A DNA stretch of 64,000 bases from Limnothrix sp. BL-A-16 (GTDB lineage Bacteria; Cyanobacteriota; Cyanobacteriia; CACIAM-69d). Numbering within the stretch: position 1 is the stretch's first letter; every line of letters begins with the position of its first letter. This document shows, one piece after another, positions 41,317-51,017 of this stretch. The notes below the pieces were generated by a model. The model worked only from the letters and a program-made list of their open reading frames with translations, did not search any database and was not told where the DNA came from. A program made the translations under genes and the position numbers. The stretch spans positions 3,136,001 through 3,200,000 of the forward strand of contig CP166615.1 of NCBI GenBank assembly GCA_041937175.2, read 5' to 3'.

Positions 41317-44300
41317 ATGGACGAGCAACGACTTCAGGCTTATTTGCAATTGATTCAGCAGTTGTTGGCTTGTCCGGCGGGGGAAGAGGAAAGCGTTTTG
41401 CAAGCCCAGGTGGAGTTGGTGGATGCGGGGCTGGTGGAGGTGATGGGACAGGTAGCTGACCTAATGGTGGAAAAAGGAGACAACAACGCCGGCCGATTGC
41501 GACAGTTTTCTGAGCAGGTGGCGCAGGCGTTGGGGCTGGAGTCAGCGACGGCGAGTGGTGCGGAGGATATGGATCAGTTTGTGGGGGAGGTGATGGAGCA
41601 GATTCTCCAAACCCAAGGCAATCCAGCGCAGGTTTATGGGTTTTGGCAGGTCGATTTAAATCGATTTAACGAAGCATTTTTGGCAACGCTGCCTATCACT
41701 TTTCGCCGCTTGATCGGGCAAAATGACCCCAAACTAATTGCGGCTATCTTTGCTAGGTTTGGAAACTTGATTCAACAATTTCCAATCGGTTCGCATTGGT
41801 TGAATCTGGAATGTGCAATTACGGTCTACGAACAGGCGCTGATGATCTACACCTGCGAAGCGCTTCTCGAAGATTGGGCCATGACCCAAAACAACCTGGC
41901 AACTGCTTACAGCAATCGAATCCGAGGGGAGAAGGCGGACAACCTAGAACTAGCGATCACCGCCTACAAACGGGCGCTGGAAGTCCTCACCCGCGATGCT
42001 TGTCCTGAAAATTGGGCAGGGACTCAAAACAATCTGGCCAATGCTTACAGCAATCGAATTCGAGGGGAGCGGGCGGACAACCTAGAACTAGCAATCACCG
42101 CCTACAAACGGGCGCTGGAAGTCTACACCCGCGATACTTTTCCTGAAAATTGGGCCATGACTCAAAACAACCTGGGAGAAGCTTACCGCTCTCGAATCCG
42201 AGGGGAGAAGGCGGACAACCTAGAACTAGCGATCACCGCCTACAAACGGGCACTGGAAGTCAGAACTCGCGATGCTTTTCCCAAAGATTGGGCAGGGACT
42301 CAAAACAATCTAGCCAATGGTTACGGTGCTCGAATCCGAGGGGAACGGGCGGACAACTTAGAACTAGCGATCACCGCTTACAAACGAGCGCTGGAAGTCT
42401 ACACCCGCGATACTTTTCCTGAAAATTGGGCCATGACCCAAAACAACTTAGCAACTGCCTACAGCAATCGAATCTGCGGGGAACGGGCGGATAACCTAGA
42501 ACTAGCGATCACCGCTTACAAACGAGCGCTGGAAGTCCGTACCCGCGAGGCGTTTCCTGAAGCTTGGGCAGCGACCCAAAACAACCTGGCAAATGCTTAC
42601 AGCGATCGCATCAGAGGAGAACGGGCGCACAACCTAGAACAAGCGATCACCGCTTACGAACGGGCGCTGGAAGTCTACACCCGCAATGCTTTTCCCGAAA
42701 ATTGGGCCATGACCCAAAACAACCTGGGAGAAGCTTATCGCGATCGCATCCGAGGGGAGCGGGCAGACAACCTGGAGCGAGCAATCATCGCTTGCGAACG
42801 GGCGCTGGAAGTCTATGCCCGCGATACTTTTCCACAAAATTGGGCCATGACCCAAAACAACTTAGCAACTGCCTACAGCAATCGAATCTGCGGGGAGCGG
42901 GCGGACAACCTAGAACTAGCGATCACTGCCTACAAACGGGCGCTGGAAATCTACACCCGCAATGCTTTTCCACAAGATTGGGCAGGGACTCAAAATAACC
43001 TGGCAAATGCTTACGTCGCTCGTATCCAAGGGGAACGGGCAGATAACCTGGAGCAGTCGATCGCCGCCTACAAACGGGCGCTGGAAGTCTACACCCATGA
43101 TGCTTTTCCTGAACAATGGGCAATGACCCAAAACAACCTGGCAAATACTTACAGCCAGAGAATTCGAGGGGAACGGGCGGACAACCCGGAACGGGCGATC
43201 ACTGCTTACGAACAGGCGCTGGAAGTCCGCACCCGCGAGGCGTTTCCCGAAGATTGGGCAGCGACCCAAAACAACCTAGCAATTGCTTACCGCGATCGCA
43301 TCCGAGGGGAACGGGCGGATAACCTCGAACAAGCGATCGCTGCCTACGAACGGGCGCTGGAAGTCTTCACCCGCGAGGCCTTTCCGAATGACTGTCGCCG
43401 TACTTCTCGATCGCTCGGCGATCTTCAAAGCGAGTTGCAAAACTGGGATGCTGCGACCCAAGCCTATGGGCAAGCCCTCGCCGCTGCGGAAGATCTCTAC
43501 CAAGCCTGCACCCTGCTCGACAGCCAAGCCGGTGAGCTAAAAGCAACCGCCAACCTGCCCCGCCGCGCCGCCTATGCCTACGCCAAAGCCAGTCAACTCG
43601 CCACAGCCCTCGAAACGATCGAACGGGGCCGCGCCCGGGGCCTCAGCGAACGACTCCAACGCGATCGCGCTGACCTCGCACAACTCCAACAACAGCGCCC
43701 TGACCTGTTCGATCGCTACCGCGACATCACCAACCAACTGCAAAACCTGGAAAGCCAACAACGCGACCAGCAAGTCCGCGATCGCCAAGCCATCACCCCC
43801 GAACAACACCGCAACGAAGCCCAAAGACTCCGCCAGGAATTGACCGAGGCGATCGCCCAAATTCGCCAAGTCCCCGGCTATGAAACCTTCCTGCAAGCAC
43901 CCAGCCTCACCGAAATTCAACAAAACCTCAGCACCGAAGCACCCACCGTCTACCTGATCCCCACCCCCAACGGCAGCCTCGCCCTAATCGCCACGCCCCA
44001 GGCGATCGCCCCCCTGTGGCTCGATGATTTCCCCGAAGCCACCCTCACCGACTTGGTGCAAACCTGGCTCCAGGCTGACAGAGAGTCCAAAGTGGCTAAC
44101 TATGAGTACAGTAAAGACCCGGAATCACTAGCCAAGATGCAGACCCGAAATGAAAAGCGGGAGCAGTGGCACAACGCGATCGACCAGGGAACCCGCCAAC
44201 TGTGGGACAACCTAATGGCTCCCCTAATCGATCGGCTCAAACAACACAACCACACCCAAGCGATCCTGATTCCCACCGGCTTGCTCGGATTGTTGCCCCT

Positions 44301-45099
44301 CCATGCCGCCTGGACAGAAGACCCCAGCCGCCCCACCGGCCGCCGCTACGCCCTCGATGAGCTGACCTTCACCTACGCCCCCAACGCCCAATCCCTCGTG
44401 GCCGCCCGGGCGGTGGCGGATGCCTTGCGGAGCAATATCGCCCAACAATTCCCCGACAGCCACCTCGATTCGATCCTGGCGATCGACAATCCCCGCCAAG
44501 ACCTGCCCAGCTCCGAACGGGAAGTCACGGCCGCCGTCAAAACCTTCCCCCACCCCACCGTCCTGCGCCACGAAAAAGCCACCACCGCAACCGTTGCCGA
44601 CAACCTGGGTCAACAGGCGATCGTCCATTTCTCCTGCCACGGAACCGCCAACTTCAACGAACCCCTCAACAGCGGCCTGCTAATGAGCGATGACCTGTTG
44701 ACCCTGCGCGAGCTATTTAACCTCAAGCTCACCGAAGGCAACAAACGCGGCATCCGGCTCGCCGTCCTCTCCGCCTGCGAAACGGGACTCCCCGGCCTGG
44801 ACTTAGCCGACGAGGCGATCGGCTTGCCCGTCGGACTGTTGCAAGCAGGCGTGGCCGGGGCGATCGCCTCGCTCTGGGCCGTGAGCGACCTCAGCACCAT
44901 GATTCTGCTCACCAAGTTCTACGACCTCTGGCGCAACGATCGCCTCACCCCACCCGCAGCCCTCCGCCAAGCCCAACAATGGCTCCGCAACGCGACCCTT
45001 TCCGAAATTCGCCAGCTCACCGGCATCAGTTTCCGAGGCGCTGAACACCCATTTGCCCACCCCTACTACTGGGCAGGCTTCAGCTACACCGGCATATAA
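41317..45099 (+). CDS. TPR-CHAT (caspase-like C14 clan) protease
   Basis: N-terminal MDEQRLQAYLQLIQQLLACP domain; eleven 46-aa TPR-like repeats; CHAT with catalytic HFSCHG and LSACETG; ends HPYYWAGFSYTG. Confidence 0.95.
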   Translation: MDEQRLQAYLQLIQQLLACPAGEEESVLQAQVELVDAGLVEVMGQVADLMVEKGDNNAGRLRQFSEQVAQALGLESATASGAEDMDQFVGEVMEQILQTQGNPAQVYGFWQVDLNRFNEAFLATLPITFRRLIGQNDPKLIAAIFARFGNLIQQFPIGSHWLNLECAITVYEQALMIYTCEALLEDWAMTQNNLATAYSNRIRGEKADNLELAITAYKRALEVLTRDACPENWAGTQNNLANAYSNRIRGERADNLELAITAYKRALEVYTRDTFPENWAMTQNNLGEAYRSRIRGEKADNLELAITAYKRALEVRTRDAFPKDWAGTQNNLANGYGARIRGERADNLELAITAYKRALEVYTRDTFPENWAMTQNNLATAYSNRICGERADNLELAITAYKRALEVRTREAFPEAWAATQNNLANAYSDRIRGERAHNLEQAITAYERALEVYTRNAFPENWAMTQNNLGEAYRDRIRGERADNLERAIIACERALEVYARDTFPQNWAMTQNNLATAYSNRICGERADNLELAITAYKRALEIYTRNAFPQDWAGTQNNLANAYVARIQGERADNLEQSIAAYKRALEVYTHDAFPEQWAMTQNNLANTYSQRIRGERADNPERAITAYEQALEVRTREAFPEDWAATQNNLAIAYRDRIRGERADNLEQAIAAYERALEVFTREAFPNDCRRTSRSLGDLQSELQNWDAATQAYGQALAAAEDLYQACTLLDSQAGELKATANLPRRAAYAYAKASQLATALETIERGRARGLSERLQRDRADLAQLQQQRPDLFDRYRDITNQLQNLESQQRDQQVRDRQAITPEQHRNEAQRLRQELTEAIAQIRQVPGYETFLQAPSLTEIQQNLSTEAPTVYLIPTPNGSLALIATPQAIAPLWLDDFPEATLTDLVQTWLQADRESKVANYEYSKDPESLAKMQTRNEKREQWHNAIDQGTRQLWDNLMAPLIDRLKQHNHTQAILIPTGLLGLLPLHAAWTEDPSRPTGRRYALDELTFTYAPNAQSLVAARAVADALRSNIAQQFPDSHLDSILAIDNPRQDLPSSEREVTAAVKTFPHPTVLRHEKATTATVADNLGQQAIVHFSCHGTANFNEPLNSGLLMSDDLLTLRELFNLKLTEGNKRGIRLAVLSACETGLPGLDLADEAIGLPVGLLQAGVAGAIASLWAVSDLSTMILLTKFYDLWRNDRLTPPAALRQAQQWLRNATLSEIRQLTGISFRGAEHPFAHPYYWAGFSYTGI
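41875..43392 (+). repeat. 11 x 138-bp intragenic tandem repeat (TPR array)
   Basis: TGGGC...AC(C/T)CAAAA(C/T)AA motif recurs every 138 bp from 41875 to 43255. Confidence 0.92.
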
Positions 45100-45126
45100 T
45101 CAAATCAACCAACTTGCCATCTCAGA

Positions 45127-45396
45127 ATGCCAGTTCTGTCAATGTTTTATGGGCTAATTGTTTCCATGTACTTCATGGATAACAAAGAGCACAAACGCCC
45201 ACACATCCATATTTCCTATCAAGGCAAAGAAGCGGTTTTCAGTATTCCAGAGGGCGAAGTTCTATCGGGCAGCTTACCTCGAAAACAAACTCGACTAGCA
45301 CAAGCATGGATTGAAATTCATGCAGATGAACTGGTCGCAAACTGGGAGCTGGCGATCGCTGGTCAACCACTTTACAAAATTGAACCACTGAAATAA
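45127..45396 (+). CDS. DUF4160 family protein (putative HicA-like toxin)
   Basis: MPVLSMFYGLIVSMYF, EHKRPHIH, GSLP, AWIEIHADELVANW, KIEPLK. Confidence 0.92.
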   Translation: MPVLSMFYGLIVSMYFMDNKEHKRPHIHISYQGKEAVFSIPEGEVLSGSLPRKQTRLAQAWIEIHADELVANWELAIAGQPLYKIEPLK

Positions 45397-45662
45397 TGAT
45401 GAATCCTAGGGTTGTCCATGTACTTGCGCGTGATCACTACAAACTTGAAATCCAGTTCACCAATCAAGAAGTGCGAATTTATGACTGCTCAACACTTTTA
45501 GATTTTGGCGTATTTCAAGAACTCAGAGACGAAACTTACTTCCGGAAAGTCAAGGTATTTAACGGCACAGTTACTTGGCCAAATGAGCAAGATATTTGCC
45601 CAGATACGCTCTATCTAGACTCTATCCCTTTACCGATTGCAGCCCAACCGTTGTCAGCATGA
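45396..45662 (+). CDS. DUF2442 family protein (putative antitoxin partner of DUF4160)
   Basis: YKLEIQFTN.E.RIYD, GVFQELRD..YF, TVTWPNEQDICPDTLY; coupled to DUF4160. Confidence 0.92.
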   Translation: MMNPRVVHVLARDHYKLEIQFTNQEVRIYDCSTLLDFGVFQELRDETYFRKVKVFNGTVTWPNEQDICPDTLYLDSIPLPIAAQPLSA

Positions 45663-46093
45663 ACACCACCTACGATCGCGATTTCTATGCTTGGACACAG
45701 GAGCAAATTGTGCTGCTGCAAAACCGAGATTTCGGGGCGATCGACCTCCCCAACTTAATCGAAGAACTCGCCGCCATGGGTCGCCAAGAACGTGAACAAC
45801 TTGTTAACCGTTTAGGTGTATTGATTGGTCATCTATTGAAATGGCGCTATCAGCCTGATATGCGAACCAACTCCTGGATCGGTACAATTCGCGAACAGCG
45901 GCGACGGATTCAGCGCTTACTCAAAAATAATCCAAGCTTGCAGCCATTTCTAGATGAAGCCTTCCGCGAAGCATATCTTGATGGGCGAGATCTGGCTATT
46001 CAAGATACTAACCTAGAGGATTCAGTCTTTCCAAAGGCTTCACCATTTACGCTGGAATTTGTCCTTTCGGACAATTTAGAGGAATCAATCTAA
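45659..46093 (+). CDS. DUF29 family protein
   Basis: YDRDFYAWTQEQ, IDLPNLIEEL..MG, HLLKW.YQP, SW..TI.EQR, NPSLQP; ATGA overlap with DUF2442. Confidence 0.93.
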   Translation: MNTTYDRDFYAWTQEQIVLLQNRDFGAIDLPNLIEELAAMGRQEREQLVNRLGVLIGHLLKWRYQPDMRTNSWIGTIREQRRRIQRLLKNNPSLQPFLDEAFREAYLDGRDLAIQDTNLEDSVFPKASPFTLEFVLSDNLEESI

Positions 46094-46137
46094 TTATCGA
46101 AATCACCTTTAAAGGCTCCCTCTTTCCAAACTACTCC

Positions 46138-46593
46138 ATGCTCTACACCGACGAAGATCTACTTGAAGCTGCTCGCACCATTCGCAGCGAATTGCCAGAT
46201 TTGTTGGATTCCGAAACCGCACAAAGCCTAGACGATCGCCTTGCTGAACTACTAAATCAAGTCCCCTTAGATTTGCGCGATCTACATTACGAAACCATCA
46301 GCGAGATCGCCACTCAAGTCGAAGAGTCTTTAAAAACACACGAGTCCACAAAGACTTGGCTAAAATCTTTTCTGATTGATTCATCCAATCACCAATGCCA
46401 AAGTTTTGAACCTCTTCCCGGTAATGCCAGTTACGTGGCAACCGATAAATATATTTGTCCCCACGGCGACTATCGCTGGTCTCGGCGCAGCATTGGCCAA
46501 CCGATTCCCCGCTGTCCAACCCATGATGTGCTCCTAATCCCGATCGCCGAATTTCAGCAGTTACGGTCTAGCTCATCGCAGGAGAACCCATGA
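46138..46593 (+). CDS. Hypothetical protein: helical N-domain plus C-terminal Cys/His Zn-ribbon-like motif
   Basis: LLEAARTIR...LDDRLAELL; FEPLPG; CPHGDYRW...PIPRCPTH. Confidence 0.8.
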   Translation: MLYTDEDLLEAARTIRSELPDLLDSETAQSLDDRLAELLNQVPLDLRDLHYETISEIATQVEESLKTHESTKTWLKSFLIDSSNHQCQSFEPLPGNASYVATDKYICPHGDYRWSRRSIGQPIPRCPTHDVLLIPIAEFQQLRSSSSQENP

Positions 46594-47519
46594 CTGCCAA
46601 GGTGCTCGAAGGTGCAGGCGGCAAGGTTGCAGAACAGTGGATTTCGAGTCTGCTGACTTCTGCCATTGTCTTTTGGGCTGGGGGCTTGGTGGCGGTTATT
46701 CAGCGATTTGGCTGGCAACCCTTCACGGACTGGTTCACCAAACAGCCGGAGCCATTACAGTTGGCTTTGTTGGTCGCTGTATTGGGTGGAGCGATCGCCT
46801 CAGCCGCCGTTGTTGAGCGATTTCAACTAATGGCTTTACGCGGTCTAGAGGGCTATTGGCATCCTATCTTTAATGGCTTGAAAGCTCGATTAATTCGTCA
46901 GCAGATCAAGAATAAAGGAAAGCTTGAAGCACAGTTTCAAGACTTAGATAACCGCCCAAGACGCACCAGTCGCGATCGCCAATTACGCATCAAGCTCGAT
47001 CGCCAACTCAGTGATTTTCCCACCCAAGATATTGATATTATGCCCACGCCATTGGGAAATATCTTGCGGGCAGCGGAGTTACGATCGCTCGATAAATATG
47101 GGCTGGATGCGGTGATTTGTTGGCCGCGATTGTGGTTGTTATTACCCGAGTCTGCCAAAGCAGATTTACAGGCAGCGCGGGCCGAGCTGAACGCGATGGC
47201 TCGGCTGTGGATCTGGAGTTGGCTATTTTTGGTTTGGGTATTCTGGGCTTGGTGGGCAGCCCCGATCGCCATTATTTCGGCGTGCTTTGCCTATCACTGG
47301 GCGATCGCGGCGGCCAAAACCTATGGCGACTTGATCGAAGCCAGTTTTGATCTTTATCGTGGCTTGCTCTACGAGGCTTTGCGATTACCCTTTCCGAAGC
47401 AAGCAGACCAAGAACCAGCCGCCGGACGGATGTTAACTCAATATCTTTGGCGCGGTACTTTGCCAGAGTCCTACAAATTCATTGCAACTTCAGAAGTTTC
47501 TCCAGTCACTGATCAGTAG
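46590..47519 (+). CDS. Hypothetical multi-TM membrane protein
   Basis: Two N-terminal TMs, LEGYW, soluble PTPLGNILRAAE..YGLDAVICWPRLWLLLP domain, two C-terminal TMs; ATGA-coupled to the upstream gene. Confidence 0.85.
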   Translation: MTAKVLEGAGGKVAEQWISSLLTSAIVFWAGGLVAVIQRFGWQPFTDWFTKQPEPLQLALLVAVLGGAIASAAVVERFQLMALRGLEGYWHPIFNGLKARLIRQQIKNKGKLEAQFQDLDNRPRRTSRDRQLRIKLDRQLSDFPTQDIDIMPTPLGNILRAAELRSLDKYGLDAVICWPRLWLLLPESAKADLQAARAELNAMARLWIWSWLFLVWVFWAWWAAPIAIISACFAYHWAIAAAKTYGDLIEASFDLYRGLLYEALRLPFPKQADQEPAAGRMLTQYLWRGTLPESYKFIATSEVSPVTDQ

Positions 47520-47707
47520 AAATCCATGCATGAACATTAATCCCATGGCTTTCCCACCTCAGGCGATCGAGCATGGTTGTCTCCCTGAATCTCGATCGCA
47601 ACAAACATAGGCGACAGACTGAGGCGCGATCGCAGACCCGTAATGATTGACGGCGAGGGGGATAATGACCATTCAATCCCCCGATTCCCCTGGGTGACGG
47701 GGCAAGG

Positions 47708-48388
47708 CTAGGAAGCTTTGGGAAACTCGTATCGCTTCAATTCCGTGGTGGTTTGCAGCGCATTGCTGGCATCCCAAATTTGCCACTTCACCGGCCCGAC
47801 CCGATCGGCGTACCACATCACCTTGCGGAAGGCCGTTCCTGCTTTTTCGCCCGTAATTTCCACCCGAATCGTATTAAATTTGCCCGCCGGAACCGTGACT
47901 TCTTCCGTTGCCGCTGCCTTGTAGGATTCGGAGGCATTCGTGGTGGCTGCGCCCACCTGTTGACCAGTCCAAGACCATTGATCGCCCACTTTAGGTGGAT
48001 TTTTTAAAATGGGCTTAATCGGCTCATTCACCGTTTCGTTGGTGATGCCGTTGCGAGCCAACACAAACTTGATTTCCTTGACCCAACCTTCTCCCTTGAG
48101 ATAGAGCAAATTAGACGGCCCAAACCCCAAGTCTTGCTCCGTGGTATAGCGCATTTGCGAGCCGTCGCGATCGGCCCCAATCACCTTGATTAGCAAGTTG
48201 CCCGTTGTGCCCTGTGCCGCATTGGTCGTGGCATATTCCCAACGACCATTCAAGGGAAAGGGGTAATAGTCGGGTGGGGGCGGCGCGGCCCACAGGCCCG
48301 TTGCCGTTAACAGTGCGATCGCCAGGCCCACCATAAACCCAACGGCCCAGCGGACTCCCACAACCTCCCTCAGCCGCTGCCAATTCAT
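47708..48388 (-). CDS. Secreted beta-rich hypothetical protein
   Basis: Signal/TM then DYYPF...WEY, EVTVPAGKF, WYADRVGPVK; start chosen at ATG 48388. Confidence 0.75.
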   Translation of the reverse strand: MNWQRLREVVGVRWAVGFMVGLAIALLTATGLWAAPPPPDYYPFPLNGRWEYATTNAAQGTTGNLLIKVIGADRDGSQMRYTTEQDLGFGPSNLLYLKGEGWVKEIKFVLARNGITNETVNEPIKPILKNPPKVGDQWSWTGQQVGAATTNASESYKAAATEEVTVPAGKFNTIRVEITGEKAGTAFRKVMWYADRVGPVKWQIWDASNALQTTTELKRYEFPKAS

Positions 48389-48829
48389 GGAACTAGCTTG
48401 GTGCTGGTTTTGATGTGGCCGATGTTGCGCAATCTTAAGCCAAAAAAACATCTTTTCAGATCCAGAACAACTGCTCCCATCAAGATAGGCATTACTTGCC
48501 TGATTGCACAGGAAATATGTTGATCTGTTAAGTGCCAATCCAATCAATAAAAATGAGAAGACTTTTTTTGTAATCTCTGATGATTTTAGTTTTGAAATTT
48601 TAAGTTTTTGATTTTAAAGGTTTAAGTATCGATGAGGCTTTGATTTCTGAATTTTGGGTTGGATGTTGTTGAGTCTCAAGAATTTTCAGAATTGGATCAA
48701 CTGGACTGAATTGGAGTGCGTTGGGCAGGTCAGCGGCCTTAAGATTGACGCAATAACCCGCCCAGAAAACCAACATGAAACGGGTGAGTTGATCGCCCGG
48801 ATCAACTCACCCGATCGGGCGCTGGGAGC

Positions 48830-50326
48830 CTAGCTCAGATGCGATCGCACCACGGCCGCCAGGCGATCGGCCCAGTGGCGCACCAAATCTGCTTCGGCCG
48901 CTTCCACCATCACCCGAATCACCGGCTCCGTTCCCGAAGCCCGCACCAAAATCCGGCCCGCATCGCCCATTTGGGTTTCCGCCTGGGCGATCGCCTCGGC
49001 CACCGGGGCGCAATCTTGCCAGCCCAACCGGCGCGCGCGATCCTCAACCCGCACGTTTTCCAGCAGTTGCGGGTATTTCTGGAAGCTGTCATCCACCCAG
49101 GCCGCGAGCGATCGCCCGGACTGCTTCACCAGGGCCGCCAGGTGCAGCGCCACCAACGTGCCATCGCCACTAACCGCGTAGTGGCGGCAAAGGATGTGAC
49201 CCGACTGCTCACCGCCGAGCATGTAGCCCCGATCAAGCATCGCCTTTTGCACGTATTGATCGCCCACGGCCGTGCGAATCAGGTTGCCACCTTGTTTTTG
49301 CCAAGCCCGCTCAAAGCCCAGGTTCGCCATCACCGTCGAAACGATCGTCGCTTCCGGCAGCTTGTCGCTCGATCGCAGGGTTTGCCCCCAGAAATAAAGG
49401 ATGTAGTCACCATCGACCACGCGCCCCTTGCCATCCACCGCCAACACCCGATCGGCATCCCCATCAAAGGCAAACCCGAGATCCGCTTGATGTTCAACAA
49501 CAGCCGCCTTCAGGGACTCTAAGTGAGTGGAACCGCAGTTCACATTAATTCGATCGCCGTCCGGTTCCCCGTGCAACACGATCACCGCTGCGCCCAACTC
49601 CTCAAACACCGCTGGGGCCACCTTGGCGCTCGCGCCCCAAGCCGTATCCAACACCACCTTCAAACCCGCCAACGGGCGATCGCCCCAGCCCTCTTGCTCC
49701 AGGGTTTGCTCCAAGGACACCGCATAGCCGCGCACCAACTCGGGCCGGAAATAGCCCCGGCCGCAACCGGTCACGGGTTCCAAGCCGGGTAGAACATGGT
49801 GGCGCAAGGCCGATTCAATTTGTTGTTGGGCTTCTTTGGCCAGCTTGTGCCCATCGGGGCCGAAGAACTTCAAGCCGTTGTCGCCGGGCGGGTTGTGGCT
49901 GGCGGAAATCATCGCGCCCCCGATCGCCCCGGTCGCTTCGACTAAATAGGCCACACAGGGAGTCGGGCACAAGCCCACATTCCACACCTCCAGCCCGGCC
50001 GCCGTCAGCCCCGCCGTCAGGGCCGCCGCCAACATTTCGCTGGAGTTGCGGGAATCTTGGCCCACGACGATCGCCCCGTTGCCCGATCGGGCCGCAAACA
50101 CGCGCCCGGCCCAGTAGCCCACATGCAGCGCCAAGCTGGCGGTCAACACCTCGCCCACGCGCCCGCGAATCCCGTCGGTTCCAAACAGGGGCACGCTTTC
50201 GGGAATTTCCAGGGGCGACAACCCATGCAGATTCAGGTTCAAGCTTGGTTGCTCCAAATCCTGGGGTTTTTGGTTCAACCCAAGTTCGCCCGATTCGCGA
50301 CCCAACCGAACAGGAGACGTAACCAT
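48830..50326 (-). CDS. glmM: Phosphoglucosamine mutase
   Basis: [37 protein letters not shown]; start chosen at ATG 50326. Confidence 0.96.
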   Translation of the reverse strand: MVTSPVRLGRESGELGLNQKPQDLEQPSLNLNLHGLSPLEIPESVPLFGTDGIRGRVGEVLTASLALHVGYWAGRVFAARSGNGAIVVGQDSRNSSEMLAAALTAGLTAAGLEVWNVGLCPTPCVAYLVEATGAIGGAMISASHNPPGDNGLKFFGPDGHKLAKEAQQQIESALRHHVLPGLEPVTGCGRGYFRPELVRGYAVSLEQTLEQEGWGDRPLAGLKVVLDTAWGASAKVAPAVFEELGAAVIVLHGEPDGDRINVNCGSTHLESLKAAVVEHQADLGFAFDGDADRVLAVDGKGRVVDGDYILYFWGQTLRSSDKLPEATIVSTVMANLGFERAWQKQGGNLIRTAVGDQYVQKAMLDRGYMLGGEQSGHILCRHYAVSGDGTLVALHLAALVKQSGRSLAAWVDDSFQKYPQLLENVRVEDRARRLGWQDCAPVAEAIAQAETQMGDAGRILVRASGTEPVIRVMVEAAEADLVRHWADRLAAVVRSHLS

Positions 50327-50519
50327 AATTGCGCTCACTCCACACCAAGGGTTTGTGTTGCTTTCCACACCAAATCGATCTTGCATCCGCACGATCGACA
50401 TAGTTCGCAACTCGCCTGAAGGATAGCACGGGCCGATCGAGGGGGTCGATCGCCCCGGATACCATGGCGGGGTCTGGGGGAGTGAGTAAACTTAAAGCAG
50501 ATGTGAGGAGCGATCGCCC

Positions 50520-51017
50520 ATGTTTGACCAAAACGAGTTAGCCAATCTTGAGAAAAATATCAAGCGCCTTAAGCAGCAGTTAGCGGGCAAACGCGACACC
50601 CTGGTCACGATCGCTTCAGACGAAAAAGTACGGATTCGGCAGCAAATTGAAGATCTACGCTCCGAGATCAACGGCTTGGAGCGGGAATATTGGGAACTGC
50701 TGCATCAGCGATCGATCAGCTTTGAGCCGTCGGAGGATGAAGCTGAACCGATCGTGGCGGAATGGGTTGAGAAAGCCAATCAGTTAGAGACGAATCCGCC
50801 CGCCAACGTGCCTGCTGAGATTTTGCAGCAGGTGCAGGCGGTGGCCAAACGGTTGGATCAGCCGGGTCAATCGGCTGCGATCAAGGTGAAGGGGATGATT
50901 TCGGCGTTGCCACCATTTTTCTCGGTGGGCATTGAGACCGAATTGGATGTGGCGGGATTTGTAAAAGGCAATTTCCCCACTTTTTGGAACTGGGCGGCGG
51001 CACTCGCAAAAAAGTAG
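50520..51017 (+). CDS. 165-aa helical/coiled-coil protein; likely N-terminal module of a frameshifted NLR-like fusion
   Basis: ATG after GAGGAG; ends GCA AAA AAG TAG. Confidence 0.85.
   Translation: MFDQNELANLEKNIKRLKQQLAGKRDTLVTIASDEKVRIRQQIEDLRSEINGLEREYWELLHQRSISFEPSEDEAEPIVAEWVEKANQLETNPPANVPAEILQQVQAVAKRLDQPGQSAAIKVKGMISALPPFFSVGIETELDVAGFVKGNFPTFWNWAAALAKK

Noticed and set aside
41875..43392. Diversity-generating retroelement target
   Set aside because: No reverse transcriptase or template repeat in the window, and variation is not restricted to adenines
50984..51017. Simple pseudogenising frameshift or two independent genes
   Set aside because: The break falls exactly on a canonical slippery heptamer with a hairpin, and both ORFs are otherwise intact; not formally excluded without read data
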